From the NCBI RefSeq assembly GCF_006345805.1, contig NC_043002.1, forward strand, positions 17,360,001-17,424,000: 64,000 nt of DNA. The letters run 5' to 3'. Both the position numbers and the translations under genes were made by a program. The notes under the pieces were generated by a model, which saw only the letters and a list, made by a program, of their open reading frames with translations, had not been told where the DNA came from and ran no database searches. Source of the DNA: Octopus sinensis. Taxonomy: Eukaryota. Numbering within the stretch: position 1 is the stretch's first letter; each line of letters opens with the position of its first letter. Positions 1 to 14,152 of the stretch are shown here, piece after piece.

Positions 1-707
1 GTTGTTGTTGTTGATATTTCGCTGAGTGATAGCGATGTTAATAACCTGGTGTCATCAATATAGATATGCTTCAGAACATAGCAGCAGTAGTGTACGGAGG
101 ACTAACATAAATTAAAACGACAAAGAATTAAGGCATTGTCATGAACTTCGTGACCGATTTCCTTATTCCCTTCTGATTTCTATTTCTTGTGCTGTGTGTG
201 TTGTGTGAGGGTGTGCGTGCATGCATGTATTTACATAAGAGCGCTACAATCAGTGATTTATATAAATATAACTTGTTTTCAGTTCAAATGTATTCGAAGA
301 CCATTTCTACATTCTATTTGGGGTTTCTTTCTTTCTTTTTATTTCTTTTTTTTTCTTTTTGCTGTAGACAAAACAGTGCAAACACACCAGATCAGTTCCA
401 AACAGTCTTTATCCGGATTCGATGGACGGATAAATTTAGAATTTGTTATCTTCCCATTGGCATTGAATTTTATAAACAAACATAACACGGAACTGAATCC
501 CACCATTAAAACGCGACTGATGGCGCCAGCCGGCTGTCCGCCTGTGGTAAAATATTAAAGTTTGCACTAGAAGTGCTTAGCTAATTATTAATTATTACAA
601 GCTCGAATGTGTTGCTGATATTTTTGAATCAGTAAGAAGGCCATTCACGGCATTTTGTCCTGATGTTATATACTCTGTAGACAGAACGGTGTAAACAGAA
701 AAAAAAC

Positions 708-754
<47 letters not shown>

Positions 755-789
755 CGTGTATGTATGCATGTATGCATATATGTATGTAT

Positions 790-930
790 ATATTTTTTTC
801 TTTCCTTTTTTTCTCTCCTTGTTTTTCTGTGCCCCTTTCTGTAGAAGAGCGTAGGCTGGAAACGTAAAAGACTTTGTTCCTGAGCGTTATACTAATACAT
901 CTGTTTGTTTTGTACACCACTTGTCTTCAT
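790..930 (+). mobile_element. Short dispersed repeat between microsatellites with a degenerate hammerhead-like motif (putative Penelope-like terminus)
   Basis: Nearly the same sequence recurs inverted at 38064-38256. Contains cttt-CTGTAGA-agagcgtaggctg-GAAA-cg-TA-aaag. Confidence 0.55.
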
Positions 931-982
931 ACAAAGATACATGCATATACACACATACATAATACATACATACATACATACA

Positions 983-1035
<53 letters not shown>

Positions 1036-1403
1036 ATATATTATGTATTATGTATGTATGTATATGCATGTATCTTTGTATGCAAACATGGATGAATGGA
1101 TGGAGGCATGTCTATATGTATATGATTAGGGGAAAAATGTAGTCGACTTTGTCAATGAGAAATATGAGATTGAAGCCGCTCACCAATGCTGAGATTTATG
1201 AATTGTTGGTGGTTCATGCGGTAGTTTGAATAATTCTTCAGCAAATGATATGTTAGTTCTAATTTGCTAAACGTTACCAGTTTAATAATAAGTTACCTAC
1301 ATCTATATATTGTATTCATTCCTGCAGCATCTCATTGAATTTTTCCCGAATAATTCTTGTTTATACATGACTGTGAACTCCTTATATTTGTACTCAGAGA
1401 CTG

Positions 1404-1771
<368 letters not shown>

Positions 1772-1815
1772 ATATATATATAACCAAGAAAAAAGCAACA
1801 ACAACGGATTAGTAG

Positions 1816-1872
1816 TTTAGTACATTTGTTTCATACCAAGAATAATTTTATGTCCAGTATGCATCAGCTAAA
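1816..1872 (-). ncRNA. Degenerate type I hammerhead ribozyme copy (core CUGAUGC, A9C)
   Basis: Reverse complement reads tttag-CTGATGC-atactggacataaaattattcttggtat-GAAA-caaatg-TA-ctaaa. Confidence 0.5.
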
Positions 1873-2199
1873 TCACATATATGTCTTCCAGACATCCTAG
1901 AGAATGCGTCTATCCTCATGAAGTATTAGGAGTGAGTTCTATGAAGTTTAAAGTCAAATTATAAGCAGACTCAAATTGCTTTCTAATGATGCACAGTTTT
2001 ATAAAAAGTTTTTTAAAAGATTGTTAACTTCCCAGAGAAGGTGAATCCATCCATAAAATTGCAGATATTATAAAACTGTGCATCATTAGAAAGCAATTTG
2101 AGTCTGCTCATAATTTGACTTTAAACTTCATAGAACTCACTCCTAATACTTCATGAGGATAGACACACTCTCTAGGATGTCTGGAAAACATATATGTGA

Positions 2200-2288
2200 T
2201 TTAGCTGATGAATACTGGACATTTGTATTTGCTGCAATACTTGTAGCTTTAAATAAAATTGTTCTTGGTATGAAACAATTGTACTAAA
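2200..2288 (+). ncRNA. Minimal type I hammerhead ribozyme; predicted cleavage after GUA at 2283
   Basis: tttag-CTGATGA-atactgga...tcttggtat-GAAA-caattg-TA-ctaaa. Perfect 5-bp stem I, paired stem II, palindromic stem III, full catalytic core. Confidence 0.8.
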
Positions 2289-4655
2289 CTACTAATCCAT
2301 TCTTCATGCTTTTTTCTTGGTTATAATCATCCACATTTTTTATGGTTAATACCATAAACAATTCTGGTGCATCTAAGTTAAGTACCATATTCATTTGAAT
2401 TCATTGGAATTCACTTGAATCTTAATTGTTTTTTGCTGAAAGTATATATATATATACATACATATATTTCTTCATGAGCTACCCAAATGTGATAGAAAAT
2501 ATAAGAGAATTCTAGTCTGAGTAAAAAGAAAAGACATAGAAAACACATGAGTTCAATTTAAAAGTCTGCATCATCGTTTTCATTGTAAAAGAAAATGATA
2601 CAGACTTAACATGGGAAATCAGGTTATAACTGCAAGAAACAATACTAAATTGTAATGTATTCGAACTTTCATTCGTCGCATACGTTTTCAAAAATGAATA
2701 ATTGTTTCTGCTTCAGAAATATACCAAAAAATAAAACCATTAATCTTCTACTCCAAAATGATTGTATAGTGAATTTTAATTATAGAAATACCAATGATAG
2801 TAAAACCTTCATATTACTTTCCGAGTCATGAAATAAAAGTACAAATATGTTTTCCAAAATTACTTTATATGTTTGGTTTTGGGCTGGTATAGTATATGTC
2901 ACCTGCCTACGTTGCAGTGAAATTCTAATGCAGAACATATATGGGTTTAACAGTTATATATAAATGAATATATATTCTATGCATACATAGATATAATCTA
3001 AAGTAAATACAATATAATTATATTATCAATATGTTTTAGGAGGAATTATATAGAGCAATCAAAAATTCTATACAAAAGGTGTTAATCAATATGTGTGTAA
3101 TGTAGGTTCATAAAGTAGTTGTGCTTTAAATGTATTGCGTGTGACAAGAACTAAATCCTTACCGTGTATGTGCAGACGAGCGACCTTTTACGAAAACCAG
3201 GCCTAGTGTCTCTCCTGTGCGTAAATCCAATTTTCCAAGCCTACACATATCGTGGTTTTATTCAATATAATCTATTTAACTACCTGCTGTCTTATTTATC
3301 GTGCAAGTCAATATAACATCGTTGCCAGTCTTTATTCGGGTTCACGTAAGAATGGTCATGTTGTTGCCGACATATTGATAAAGTATACAACCTACGTTTG
3401 GAATATGGTGTTTTGCTACGGATTTATGTGTTAAGATTTTAGTGATGCAATTTAATATTGTATGGAGCACACATTTCAAAAGGTACAACTACAGAATACT
3501 AGTTATAATATTATTATATTAGGAGAAATGTTTGTGTACTAGATTCAGCGAACTTTGAATAAGAAGTGTCAACTGGTTATATCAAATATTATACAGCATT
3601 CGTACCAATTAGTGATGTCTCTTACTAAATACTTCCAAGAATATTTTATCTCAAAGGGATTGACTTTTTTACTTTAGGGAGACTTTCTCTCTGTCTAGTA
3701 TTCTTATTTCTGTCTGTATGTGGTATGTGGTGAAGTTTAGATTTTCACCCAATTTTTATTAACGCCTGTGGAAAATAGACTAAAGGATTCTGGGAATATA
3801 TACTCATTTGCAGAACCACATTGCGTTATTTCCGGAATAAATTTAGTTATGGTTATATAGACCACTTAGATGTTTTAACACTCTATTGAGCTTATGATGG
3901 AAGATGCTTAGACCATTGTTAAATTTTCACATAAGGTTTACAAAATGTTGACGTACTGTTTGCATCTCATTTCATTTATGTAAACTATTTACTAAAAGAA
4001 ATAGTGTTTTCTAAATATTTTACCGGTGATATGTTTGTTAAATCAAGTGAACAGAATTAAGTCATCTTGTTATATGCATTGTTCTATAGTAGTACATATG
4101 ACTGTACTTTGTAGATAGAGCCCTTCAAGGCAGTTTAATTCTGTAGAATGTTTTGCTGCCATAAGCGCATTAAATAAGACCTAGAGCTGATTTGCTAGAT
4201 CTAAAATGATTTGCTAAAATTGAGCGCTATGTTATTTATCTAAAAACAAGGTCTGAAGGACGCACGATATAATAGCACACCTTTGATGCAAGTCTGATGT
4301 AGTGTCTCTATAATGTTTAAAAGCGTAAATGTTACGTGATATTCCATTTAGAATTTTCGCATAAAGTGACGTTGCAAATTGAGACGATACGGAAACAATT
4401 GTAACTTGTAATTAAAGATGTGTTAAAGAATTTTCATTGTCTACTTCTTTTCATTGCGTTATTTACTCTTCGCAAAATCCATTTGACGGTATAATCGTTC
4501 TGAAGAATCCACTAGAGTGGATGCAAGCGCTATATATGATTATAAAAAACATGTGACATATTAATAAAAAACTGTAAATATAAAACCATCCAGATTTCTG
4601 AGTACCTTATTTCTTCTAATGTATAATACCTGTACATTATCTCTAAATCTTCTAC

Positions 4656-4708
<53 letters not shown>

Positions 4709-5178
4709 CAAGTAGGCGAATTGTACTTAAATTATATGAAATATTGTCCAACTTATTATTGTATATTTGTGACGTTTTCTTCTCCGATGAAAACACTATC
4801 AAGAATAATTATGTATGGAATCCTTTACGAATCCTGTGAATTTTGATGCCACTGAATTGGGAGGTAAATTAACCGTTCAAATATTAGTTATCATTAAAAC
4901 AAACGGTAAAGAAGAGAAAGACGACTGTATATATATTTATTGAAAGACATCTCTGCATAGTTTAGTGTCATCATTGTTCGCCATAATATAACTCAGCTTT
5001 TAACAAACAACAGAATAACTGAACGATGTAGGTATCTGGATAATGACCGCACCTGTTACGTGTGAGTCAATAACCTTGCAATTAGCCTGGTTTATCGAAA
5101 TTGTCAGTGTATCGGAATATTAACATCTTATATACAGAAATTTAGTTATCTATCTGTCCACCTATGTGTATATATATA

Positions 5179-5220
<42 letters not shown>

Positions 5221-6732
5221 TATATATATATTATATATATATATATATACAGAGAGAGAGTGATATATATATAATATATATATCTATATATATATATGTT
5301 TAGCTATCCACCTATGAATCTATGTACAAATATGTGTGTGTGTGCGTGAGTGTATGTGCATATATTCGTCTTTGTGTGTGTACATATATATTTTAAATCT
5401 TATAGCTATATTTAAATTGCGCACCTGCTTTTCTTAATGGAAAACCAACAAACAGAGAACTCTTTCATTGAAGATTATTGAAATATTTCCCTTATCGCTC
5501 TTACACAAATTTAACAATGGTATGCAAATAATGAATGTAAACTTGAAAATTCCAAAGATAACGTACTTATATCTATTCAATGTAACTTATTTGATTTGAG
5601 GTATTTGACAGTATAGCAATGATGCAAATTGGAAGGTTTACACAGCAATACCGAAACAGAAAAAGGATAAAATTATACAACTTGTATTCAGTTGATAATA
5701 ATTGTTATGTAGTGTATGTTGCTCCATTTCAAAGTGATCATGAATTGAAATACACCACTTAGGTATGCATTAGTATGAAATATAGTTTCCAGAATTACGT
5801 CGCATGTATTGTTGATGAAAGAATTATCAACGGAAAAGTCTGAATCGATTTTCACACAGTCAATACATTCTAGATTATATATATAACATTAATTAATCTC
5901 TTTTGAAAATGAAAGAGGGAATCAATACATAAGAATTGCTACACTTGTTTTCTATTATTATTCGAAAGACAGGACAGGAAATACATTCGAGATATTAATC
6001 TATATTAATGTTTGTCATTTCTGTTTAAATACAATAATATCTATACTTTTAGCATCGTAGAATTTGATTTATAGCATCTCAGCAAATTAGATTGATGTTA
6101 TATACATTGATGTATTTCTTCTTATCTTTATAGACAACAGAAAAGCTTACGTGGGTGGATAACAAATGCCAAACCTCAAAAGTTGATAAAAATATTTTTG
6201 AGAAATTATTAGAAATCCTGAGCCAATTATGTGGTTCAGTAATATGCTGACCGATCAATAAATATATCGCATCAATTTAATAACACATTAGTTTGTCATC
6301 ACGGGAAAACATTTAATACACAAACTACAATAAAAGAAAATAATGATTGTGTTTGATAACAGCATTGGACGATTATGTCAATTCCCTGTTTCATAATTGC
6401 GATGGTAATTTTCGCATATTCTGGTATCCGCGGAGGCTGTATAGATTAGAAACCTGATCAATAATCATGTTATATGTAAGGTCGATGTTGATTTAAATTT
6501 GGTGGAATCATAGATATACTGGACTCGATTCAATCGCACATCTTGGAGAGTTGTATTCCATTGTATAAAATTTTGTTAAAAATTTTGTGCATATTTGGCA
6601 AACGAAAAGTATATTTCGGGATGTGATATACATATACATACGTACATGAATACATAAATACATATGTGTATGTATGTGTATGTATGTTTGTATATATGTA
6701 TGTGTATGTATATATATATATACATAATATAT

Positions 6733-6784
<52 letters not shown>

Positions 6785-6804
6785 TATGTATATATCTGTG
6801 TATT

Positions 6805-6967
6805 AATAATGAAGGGTAGTGCTTATAAAACTAGCATACTAAAAATAGCAGTCAAAACGCAAGGAAAAAATCGGTTTCGCCCTTGTGTACAAGTGAAAAA
6901 TTTGGTTTTGAGTCGTTTTCACTGATATTTTTAGCATGCTATTTTTACATGTAGTATTCTTCATTAT
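6805..6967. repeat. Imperfect inverted repeat (~55-bp arms) next to (TA)n
   Basis: ataatgaagggtagtgcttataaaactagcatactaaaaatagcagtcaaaacg pairs with cgttttcactgatatttttagcatgctatttttacatgtagtattcttcattat. Confidence 0.7.
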
Positions 6968-7084
6968 GGATTAATAATTTTGCTTTTATTATTATTCTAC
7001 GTATGGTAGCCAATGATATTGTAAATTATCAACAAAAATATGTTCATTATATATATATATATATATATATTATTATAATAATAT

Positions 7085-7170
7085 ATTAGGGAGTAATAAA
7101 GCTTACAGGGAAAATTAGATTTAGGAATAAATCCAATTTTACAGTATAAATATATATCTCTAATTAATAT
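7085..7170 (+). mobile_element. Short (TA)n-embedded repeat, same family as 13954-14097
   Basis: Both copies share ttacagggaaaa-t-agatttagga-aatccaatttt-agta...ctctaattaatat. Confidence 0.6.
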
Positions 7171-7201
7171 ATATACATACATATATATATATATAATTAT
7201 A

Positions 7202-7249
<48 letters not shown>

Positions 7250-7381
7250 CACACACACAGAGGAAGGAGAAGAGAAGATACATATATAAAACTGCGTCTA
7301 AAGACGTAAGATAATAGGCATATACCACTCAAGCAATATTGTTGTTGTAGTCTGCTTGCAATGAATGGCTATAAGTGACCC

Positions 7382-7442
<61 letters not shown>

Positions 7443-8589
7443 CATATATATATACATATATTCATGATACTTTGAAACAACTTACTTGTACAAGTGTAGC
7501 CAATCAAAAGTTCCGGATACCGGGCGTCAAAAGGACTGAGTTGTCAGCAGAGTGTGTCTGCGTATTCATCGTAGAGTGGGTAGATGTATACTGGGAATAA
7601 ACAACAGAAGAAATATGTGGTACCCGTCTCTTTAAAGAATGGAATTTATAATTCCAACATAAGTCTAGATTTGGTAGAGTGGAATTTTTGGAGTAAAACA
7701 TATCATATGCGTAATGTAGTAAGTCGTTGCGCACATTCGCTTACAGCTGTTTCTAGAATAGGTGTGCATACAGTCCATATAACAGTAAATAAAGATTTCT
7801 ATATAAAACAAACTATACCGTTTTCATAGAGGAAGAATTTAGAATTATCCTTACGAAAGTGTATTAGTAGATACCACCTCCATCATCGATGGGGGAGTAG
7901 GATAGTTATGAGCGGAGTGGTTTGTGAGGAATACAGAACAGTATAAAAGAGAGTATAAAAGAAAGATCTAGTCATGAAGGCATGAGAGTGAGTAGAAGCA
8001 TATATGACTTAAGAGTTAGAAAGGTAATTGACACACAGTCCAAACACGGACACAGCCACACACACAACACACTCGGAGTATCACCACTTAATTCTTGGAA
8101 TTGGAGTACCGCAATCTAATCATTGAAAACTTTACTGTCCATCTGGTTGCTTAAACATTTCTTTATTCACGTTTTCTTCAGAGTTTACACTTATTTTTTA
8201 AATATTATAAATATAATTTTTTAATATCCTTTTTACAATGCTCTTAATCTGTAAGATGATGTTTTCAGAATATACATTTTAAGATGGTAATATATGTTTA
8301 TACATCAATATAGTTTTTTTTCTACTCATATATGCCGGTGATAATTTTATATATATATATGTATCTGTAAATTTTTAATACTTTAAAAATATTCTAATGA
8401 GTGATACTTTAAATGTATTTTGATAATTTGCATACAACGCTTTTATGGCTGCGTATATGTTGTAATATTCTAAATTGTTGAACCTACTTCAATTCTCCTT
8501 TTAAATGTGATATATATATATACATATACATATACATATATACACAACTTCTCAGGTTGTCTACGTTAGAACTTCACTGATCTATCTAT

Positions 8590-8860
<271 letters not shown>

Positions 8861-9215
8861 TGTTATATACATACATACACAGTGTGATATAGAAGACAAT
8901 GTATGAATAATGGTCATTACGTATGTATGCAGAGTAGTAAATTTCAGTAACAGCTGTTTCCGATAGTCGTTATAGTTTCGTTATTGGTATGGAGTTATTT
9001 CTAGTTCACCAAACGTCTTTCCGATCCAGTAATCACACCGAGGAAAGTAGCTTTAATTCTCTAGGTCGTTCAGTTTTACTCAACGTATAAACGCGTCGAT
9101 TCAGTAAAATTATCAATAATATAACCAACCTATAATGACGAATGGAAACACCAGTAAGTCAAATTTACTTCAATACAGAAATATGAACATTAAGGCAAGA
9201 CATATACATATATAT

Positions 9216-9275
<60 letters not shown>

Positions 9276-10727
9276 CAAGAAGAGATGGATAGATAGATAG
9301 ACAGACAGACAGGCACCCAGACAGACATACAGACACCTGTTTTGAACCCCAAATAAATAATCGACTCAATGTAGACTACCCGTGGTATGTTTGTTAACAA
9401 CGAGCATATTTACTTCTACATCTTTCGTACGTCTCTCAGAAGAGATTAAACTTAGTGAGTTAAAGCATGTATAAAATATGTTTTGGGAAAACTGGCAACA
9501 GCTATATTATGTTGAATTAGTACTTATATAGTATCATAATTTAGCTGTAAAGTTCACAGTGCTATGCAAACTCTTAAATATATCGATCGCTTAGCTGGCA
9601 CTACAAACTTGTATATATAATGAAGTAATACATAATGTTATATTTATAGATGAACATCATTTCAGTGATAATCCTACTGCCTTGCAATACTTGTCGGAAT
9701 TTGAGTAAAATATAGTCTATCCATTTTAGCAGAGGACATTAAAATGACGTCATGAACAGATACTATTGATCTGAAGTCCATTATCGTAACTGCAACATCT
9801 GTTAAAACGCTTTAAAACCTTCACGAGATGGTCGATCTGAAAGAACCAGAATATTAACATATATAATGTTTGCTGCAATTCAAGTGCATGATGGAACTGA
9901 ACCCGTAAGGATACTATTGAGATATATATGAATACTTGAAACATTTAATGATTATCTCAATTCGGGGTGTTTCACTATTTTTATAATGGCGATTATATGC
10001 ACCATTCAGTAAATACCAAAGTTTTGTCTGTGTCTTTCAATTCATATAACAATTCCATCTAAACGACCATTTTCGTCTCCTTGTGTTTCAGTTATTTCCC
10101 TATGTGCTTTTGGTGAATGTATATCGGCATTGAAGTATTTTCTCTCAGTTTTGTTTCACTATTATTCTACTGCAGATCTCTTCCTCCGAATTTGTCACAT
10201 TTGTTCAATACATTGAAGCAAATTACAACAATATAGGAGATGTACTTGTTGGACAGGTGATATGTTCTAAGATCATATGCTGAAAGAAAATCATTTATAG
10301 CTTGAAGACATATGCTAGTCATACAGAAACACTTAAAAACATTGTTTGCGTCATGTCATTCTTTGCTATGGAGTGTTAAAATTTTCGTCGCATACTTTCA
10401 CTGTCACCTGGCATCTGACACAAATCCAGTGAAGAGGAACTGTAGGAACAGACAGATGCAGTTTATCCTATTTAATCAGTCATTAATCTTTGAAGTTGGC
10501 TAGCATTACTGGTGTTTTATATCACCTGAATCAGGGTGCAGAGTAGTGATTTCTATATGTTATACTTAGTAGATGATAGCGAAGAAAAGATTTATCAATA
10601 TATATTGTAACATAATATGTAGTAACTGGAATAAATGGAGTCTTTTTTTTTTCAACAATAGAGCATTTCAGAAGGTTTATTGTTGACAATAGCATCACGC
10701 GAAATCCTTAATATGGTACTCAGACAT

Positions 10728-10942
10728 AAGGCGGCTAGCTGGCAGAATCGTTAGCACACCGGGGGAAATGCTTAGTGGCATGTCGTCCGTCGCTACCCTC
10801 TGAGTTCAAATTCCGCCAAGATCGATTTTGCCTTACATCCTTTCGTGGTCGATGAAGATGTAGCAGCCGCGTATTAGGGCCGATTTAATGGACTATCTCC
10901 CTATTCTCAATTCCACGCTTTGTTCTCTATTTTTAGAAAGGA
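10728..10942 (+). mobile_element. tRNA-derived SINE, family B (diverged, alternative tail)
   Basis: aaggcggctagctggcagaatcgttagc...gagttcaaattcc B box. Flanking atatggtactc/atatgatactc looks like a TSD. Confidence 0.8.
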
Positions 10943-11542
10943 TATGATACTCGTCAATTATATTACCCTACATTTTCTCACACCAATAGGCCTCTTTTTA
11001 AAGAGGGACAAATGTTCATTGCCTTGAAACACAGAAATATCTTTAAGCAATGTTGGAAAGAAATTTTAGAGAATTCTACGTAGAGATTCAATTTATTTTC
11101 TGTAAAGCTTATTGTGGGATCTGAAATGTTCCTGCTCATTTATTTCGTTATTACTGTAAAATGTTTGTGTGTTGTCTTGACATTCTCAGAACAACTTCCA
11201 ACTTAACAGACTAAATTTTAAATTATTGCTGCAAAAATGACACCCAGAAGCTAGTTATGTTTCTTAAAATTTTAATCAACGCATTTGTTTCGATCATCAT
11301 AGGCAAGTTCCATAACCAGTTGAAACAGGTGCGTCAGAAACAACAACTTACAGTAAACTTCCTGTAGTTAATACATCTGTCACTTTCCTCATTTTGTTTC
11401 CTAAATATTTGCCCTGTCTCAAATGATCGACGATCTAGAAGAGGTTTTTTGCAGCATACAAAGCTTTTTCCAAAAATGGCTACCTTTTAGTTTCAAAACT
11501 ATTTTACACTGTACACTGATAAACATATATTCCATATGCATA

Positions 11543-11596
<54 letters not shown>

Positions 11597-11798
11597 GTGT
11601 GTGTTTGTATACATAGACGCTTTATTTCTCTCCCTCTTCTATCTTTTCTCATTCATGCTGTTTATGCAGTTGACGTCCTGTAACCATATATGCATTTATA
11701 TGTATGTATGCATATATATTGTTGTGTCTAGGGAGAGAGTCATTATGCAAACAAAGGCGAAGAATAGATGTAAATATATATATATGTTATGTATATAT

Positions 11799-11880
<82 letters not shown>

Positions 11881-12699
11881 TAGAGACAGACAAAGGGGCA
11901 TACAGAGACACAGAGACAGAAAGGGAAAAAGAGATAAAGAAAGAGAGAGGGAAAATGAGACAGAGCATGAGAAAAATTATAAGATTTGTTGATGCATTTA
12001 TCCATTGGTCTACAATTAGGAAAACAGGCATATACTTTACAAAGATCTTTCATTCGCTGGTGTCGTTACCAGACGTTCCTGTATATCATCTTTACATTTA
12101 TATAAGATCTTGTGACATTCTAGTGTGATTTCATTGTCACATTATTTCACCCCTTTCTGTTTATTGTTTGTTTGTTTTTTGAAGACTTTCCAAGAAGTGA
12201 CTATAGCATCACCTGTTAACATTTGAAGCAACTTGATTGCGTCAGTATCGAAGTATAAATTCATTTTCCATCGTCTTCGTAATTAATTGTGTTTGTTTAA
12301 AAATCTAATTAAAAGGTTTTTGCTTGTTTAGATATCAGATCATCTAAAGCAATAGATTACTGACCCAGCTTCAGTCTACCACTATACAAACTTGCGTCCT
12401 GAAATATATGAAAATGTTCGAAAAAAGTAGTATTCACCAAACAAGATGGGCTTTTCAATATCCAGCTAGAAACAAGTAGGTACACGTCTGGTTGAGACTA
12501 TTCTGAACATTCATCCTTGGTTTACTTTCTACATATGTGTTAGTCAAATTGATGGCTGTCCTTACACATTGTTATATTTCTTATTTAACTGTCAGCTTTT
12601 CTTTCCAACTTCATGTCATGACTTTGTGTATTCAACCAGAATAAATTAAACTTCGACGGGCAATTCTTCAGAGTAAATATAAGGAGAATGTCTATCACA

Positions 12700-13790
12700 T
12701 TAAATGGAATTATCTAAAAGTGGACCTGTTGTAAGACGTTCTATCTGTTGCCAACAACCGCTGAAAGGTATACAAGGGATGCTGTACCAAAAAATGCGCA
12801 TGCATGCGCTGAGGCTTAGGCAGGCTGTTGTTTCCACGGTTCACATTTTTACTGCAGTAGACACATGGATTATGCGTAGACCGAGGTTGGCAGCTAATCA
12901 GGCAGAGAATTGTGAGGCGCTTGTGCTCCTCTTTCAGGCGGGCAACACTGCTAGCGGGGGGTCCGCTTCGTCCCTCTATAGAGGGTTGGCAGAGTGACGA
13001 CGCCCTGAGAGAAACCCTAGGCTTCAATGACAGTCAACTCATCAGCCTCTACCGAAGAAATTTCGGACCAGGGCCAATGGACAATTTCCAAAGACCCTGG
13101 CATGGCAGTGTTACGGAGGTGCAATACTTGTTCGGGACAAACACTTCAGCCAAGATTCTTCGTCCACGCTAAATTGTCCAAGATGCGGGCACGACAGTGA
13201 AACTGTTCTGCATGCAATTGTTTAATGCCCGGAGATTTCAGACCTTTGGGTTTATCTTGAACAACTCTTTTTACATCTGCGAAGATTATAACTGTCGACC
13301 GAATTTATAATTAAGATTTTCCACTGCCATCCCTTAATAGGGAAGAGCAGGCTTGTTTTCGCTCGGTAGTAGCTATCGCGAAAGATGTAGTGTGGAAGAC
13401 GAGAATGAAAGAGATTGAGACAGGCATTTTCATCTCCAAGCATGGGCTGGTTAACCTTTTTCTTTTTCATTTGAAAAGCTTGAGAAGAGATGCCCTCGCA
13501 TGGTGTGTTTTGGAAAGGACGGAAGACCCTAGAAATTGTGCTGAGAGTGAGTGAGCCCGTATGAGCAAGAACACAAGCGCATAAAAAAGGTTCAGTTTTG
13601 GAATGTGGTTTGTGTTGTCGACCACGTCCCTCACTTCATCATTGTTAATCATCTGCTATCATTATCGTATTGTATTTTGGTAATTTTATTTCTATGTTAT
13701 CACGCTGTTATTCGCATTTGATCCCCGACTCCTTGCCTGTTCTTGTTTTGTCCACTCTTCATTTAGACCGCAATGGTTCATAAAGAAAAG
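12700..13790 (+). mobile_element. Decayed 3' end of an L1/Tx1-clade non-LTR retrotransposon (post-RT region, CCHC zf-RVT knuckle, 3' UTR)
   Basis: Frameshifted translation LAWQCYGGAILVRDKH...NCPRCGHDSETVLHAIV*CPEISDLW (C-x2-C...H-x4-C). Upstream RRSICCQQP...HALRL. GC-richer than flanks; A-rich end. Confidence 0.7.
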
Positions 13791-13911
13791 AGTATGAAAA
13801 CGGCTATCAAAAAGCTCGAAACTCATTAGAGTAACTCTAAACGTTACCATTAAAATAAAAAGTATCGTCCCAAAACCCTTCTCGACTATACCAAGAGCCT
13901 TTTTATTATTA

Positions 13912-13945
<34 letters not shown>

Positions 13946-13953
13946 ATAATAAA

Positions 13954-14084
13954 TATTAGGAAATAAATCCAAATTTACAGGGAAAAATCAGATTTAGGAT
14001 TGAATCCAATTTTATAGTAAAATATTATATAATATTAATTAGAGACAAAACCACTATTATGCATAATAGTGGTTTTGTCTCTAA

Positions 14085-14097
<13 letters not shown>
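13954..14097. mobile_element. (TA)n-embedded repeat ending in a perfect 72-bp palindrome
   Basis: 14026-14097 is a perfect palindrome centred on atgcat. The 5' part matches 7085-7170. Confidence 0.7.

Positions 14098-14152
<55 letters not shown>

Larger units (their letters stand above)
1779..2445. mobile_element. Fold-back element in (TA)n with about 225-bp inverted arms, each carrying a hammerhead motif (Penelope-like terminus relic)
   Basis: 1779-2004 is the near-exact reverse complement of 2068-2325, apart from a ~33-nt indel. TA repeats flank both sides. Confidence 0.75.

Noticed and set aside
4363-4408. GAAA-caattg-TA-actt hammerhead 3' half
   Set aside because: No intact CUGANGA or stem II upstream; cannot be told from chance.
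10169-10198. tccgaatttgt resembles the 3' half of miR-10
   Set aside because: The seed (accctgt) is absent and I see no precursor hairpin.
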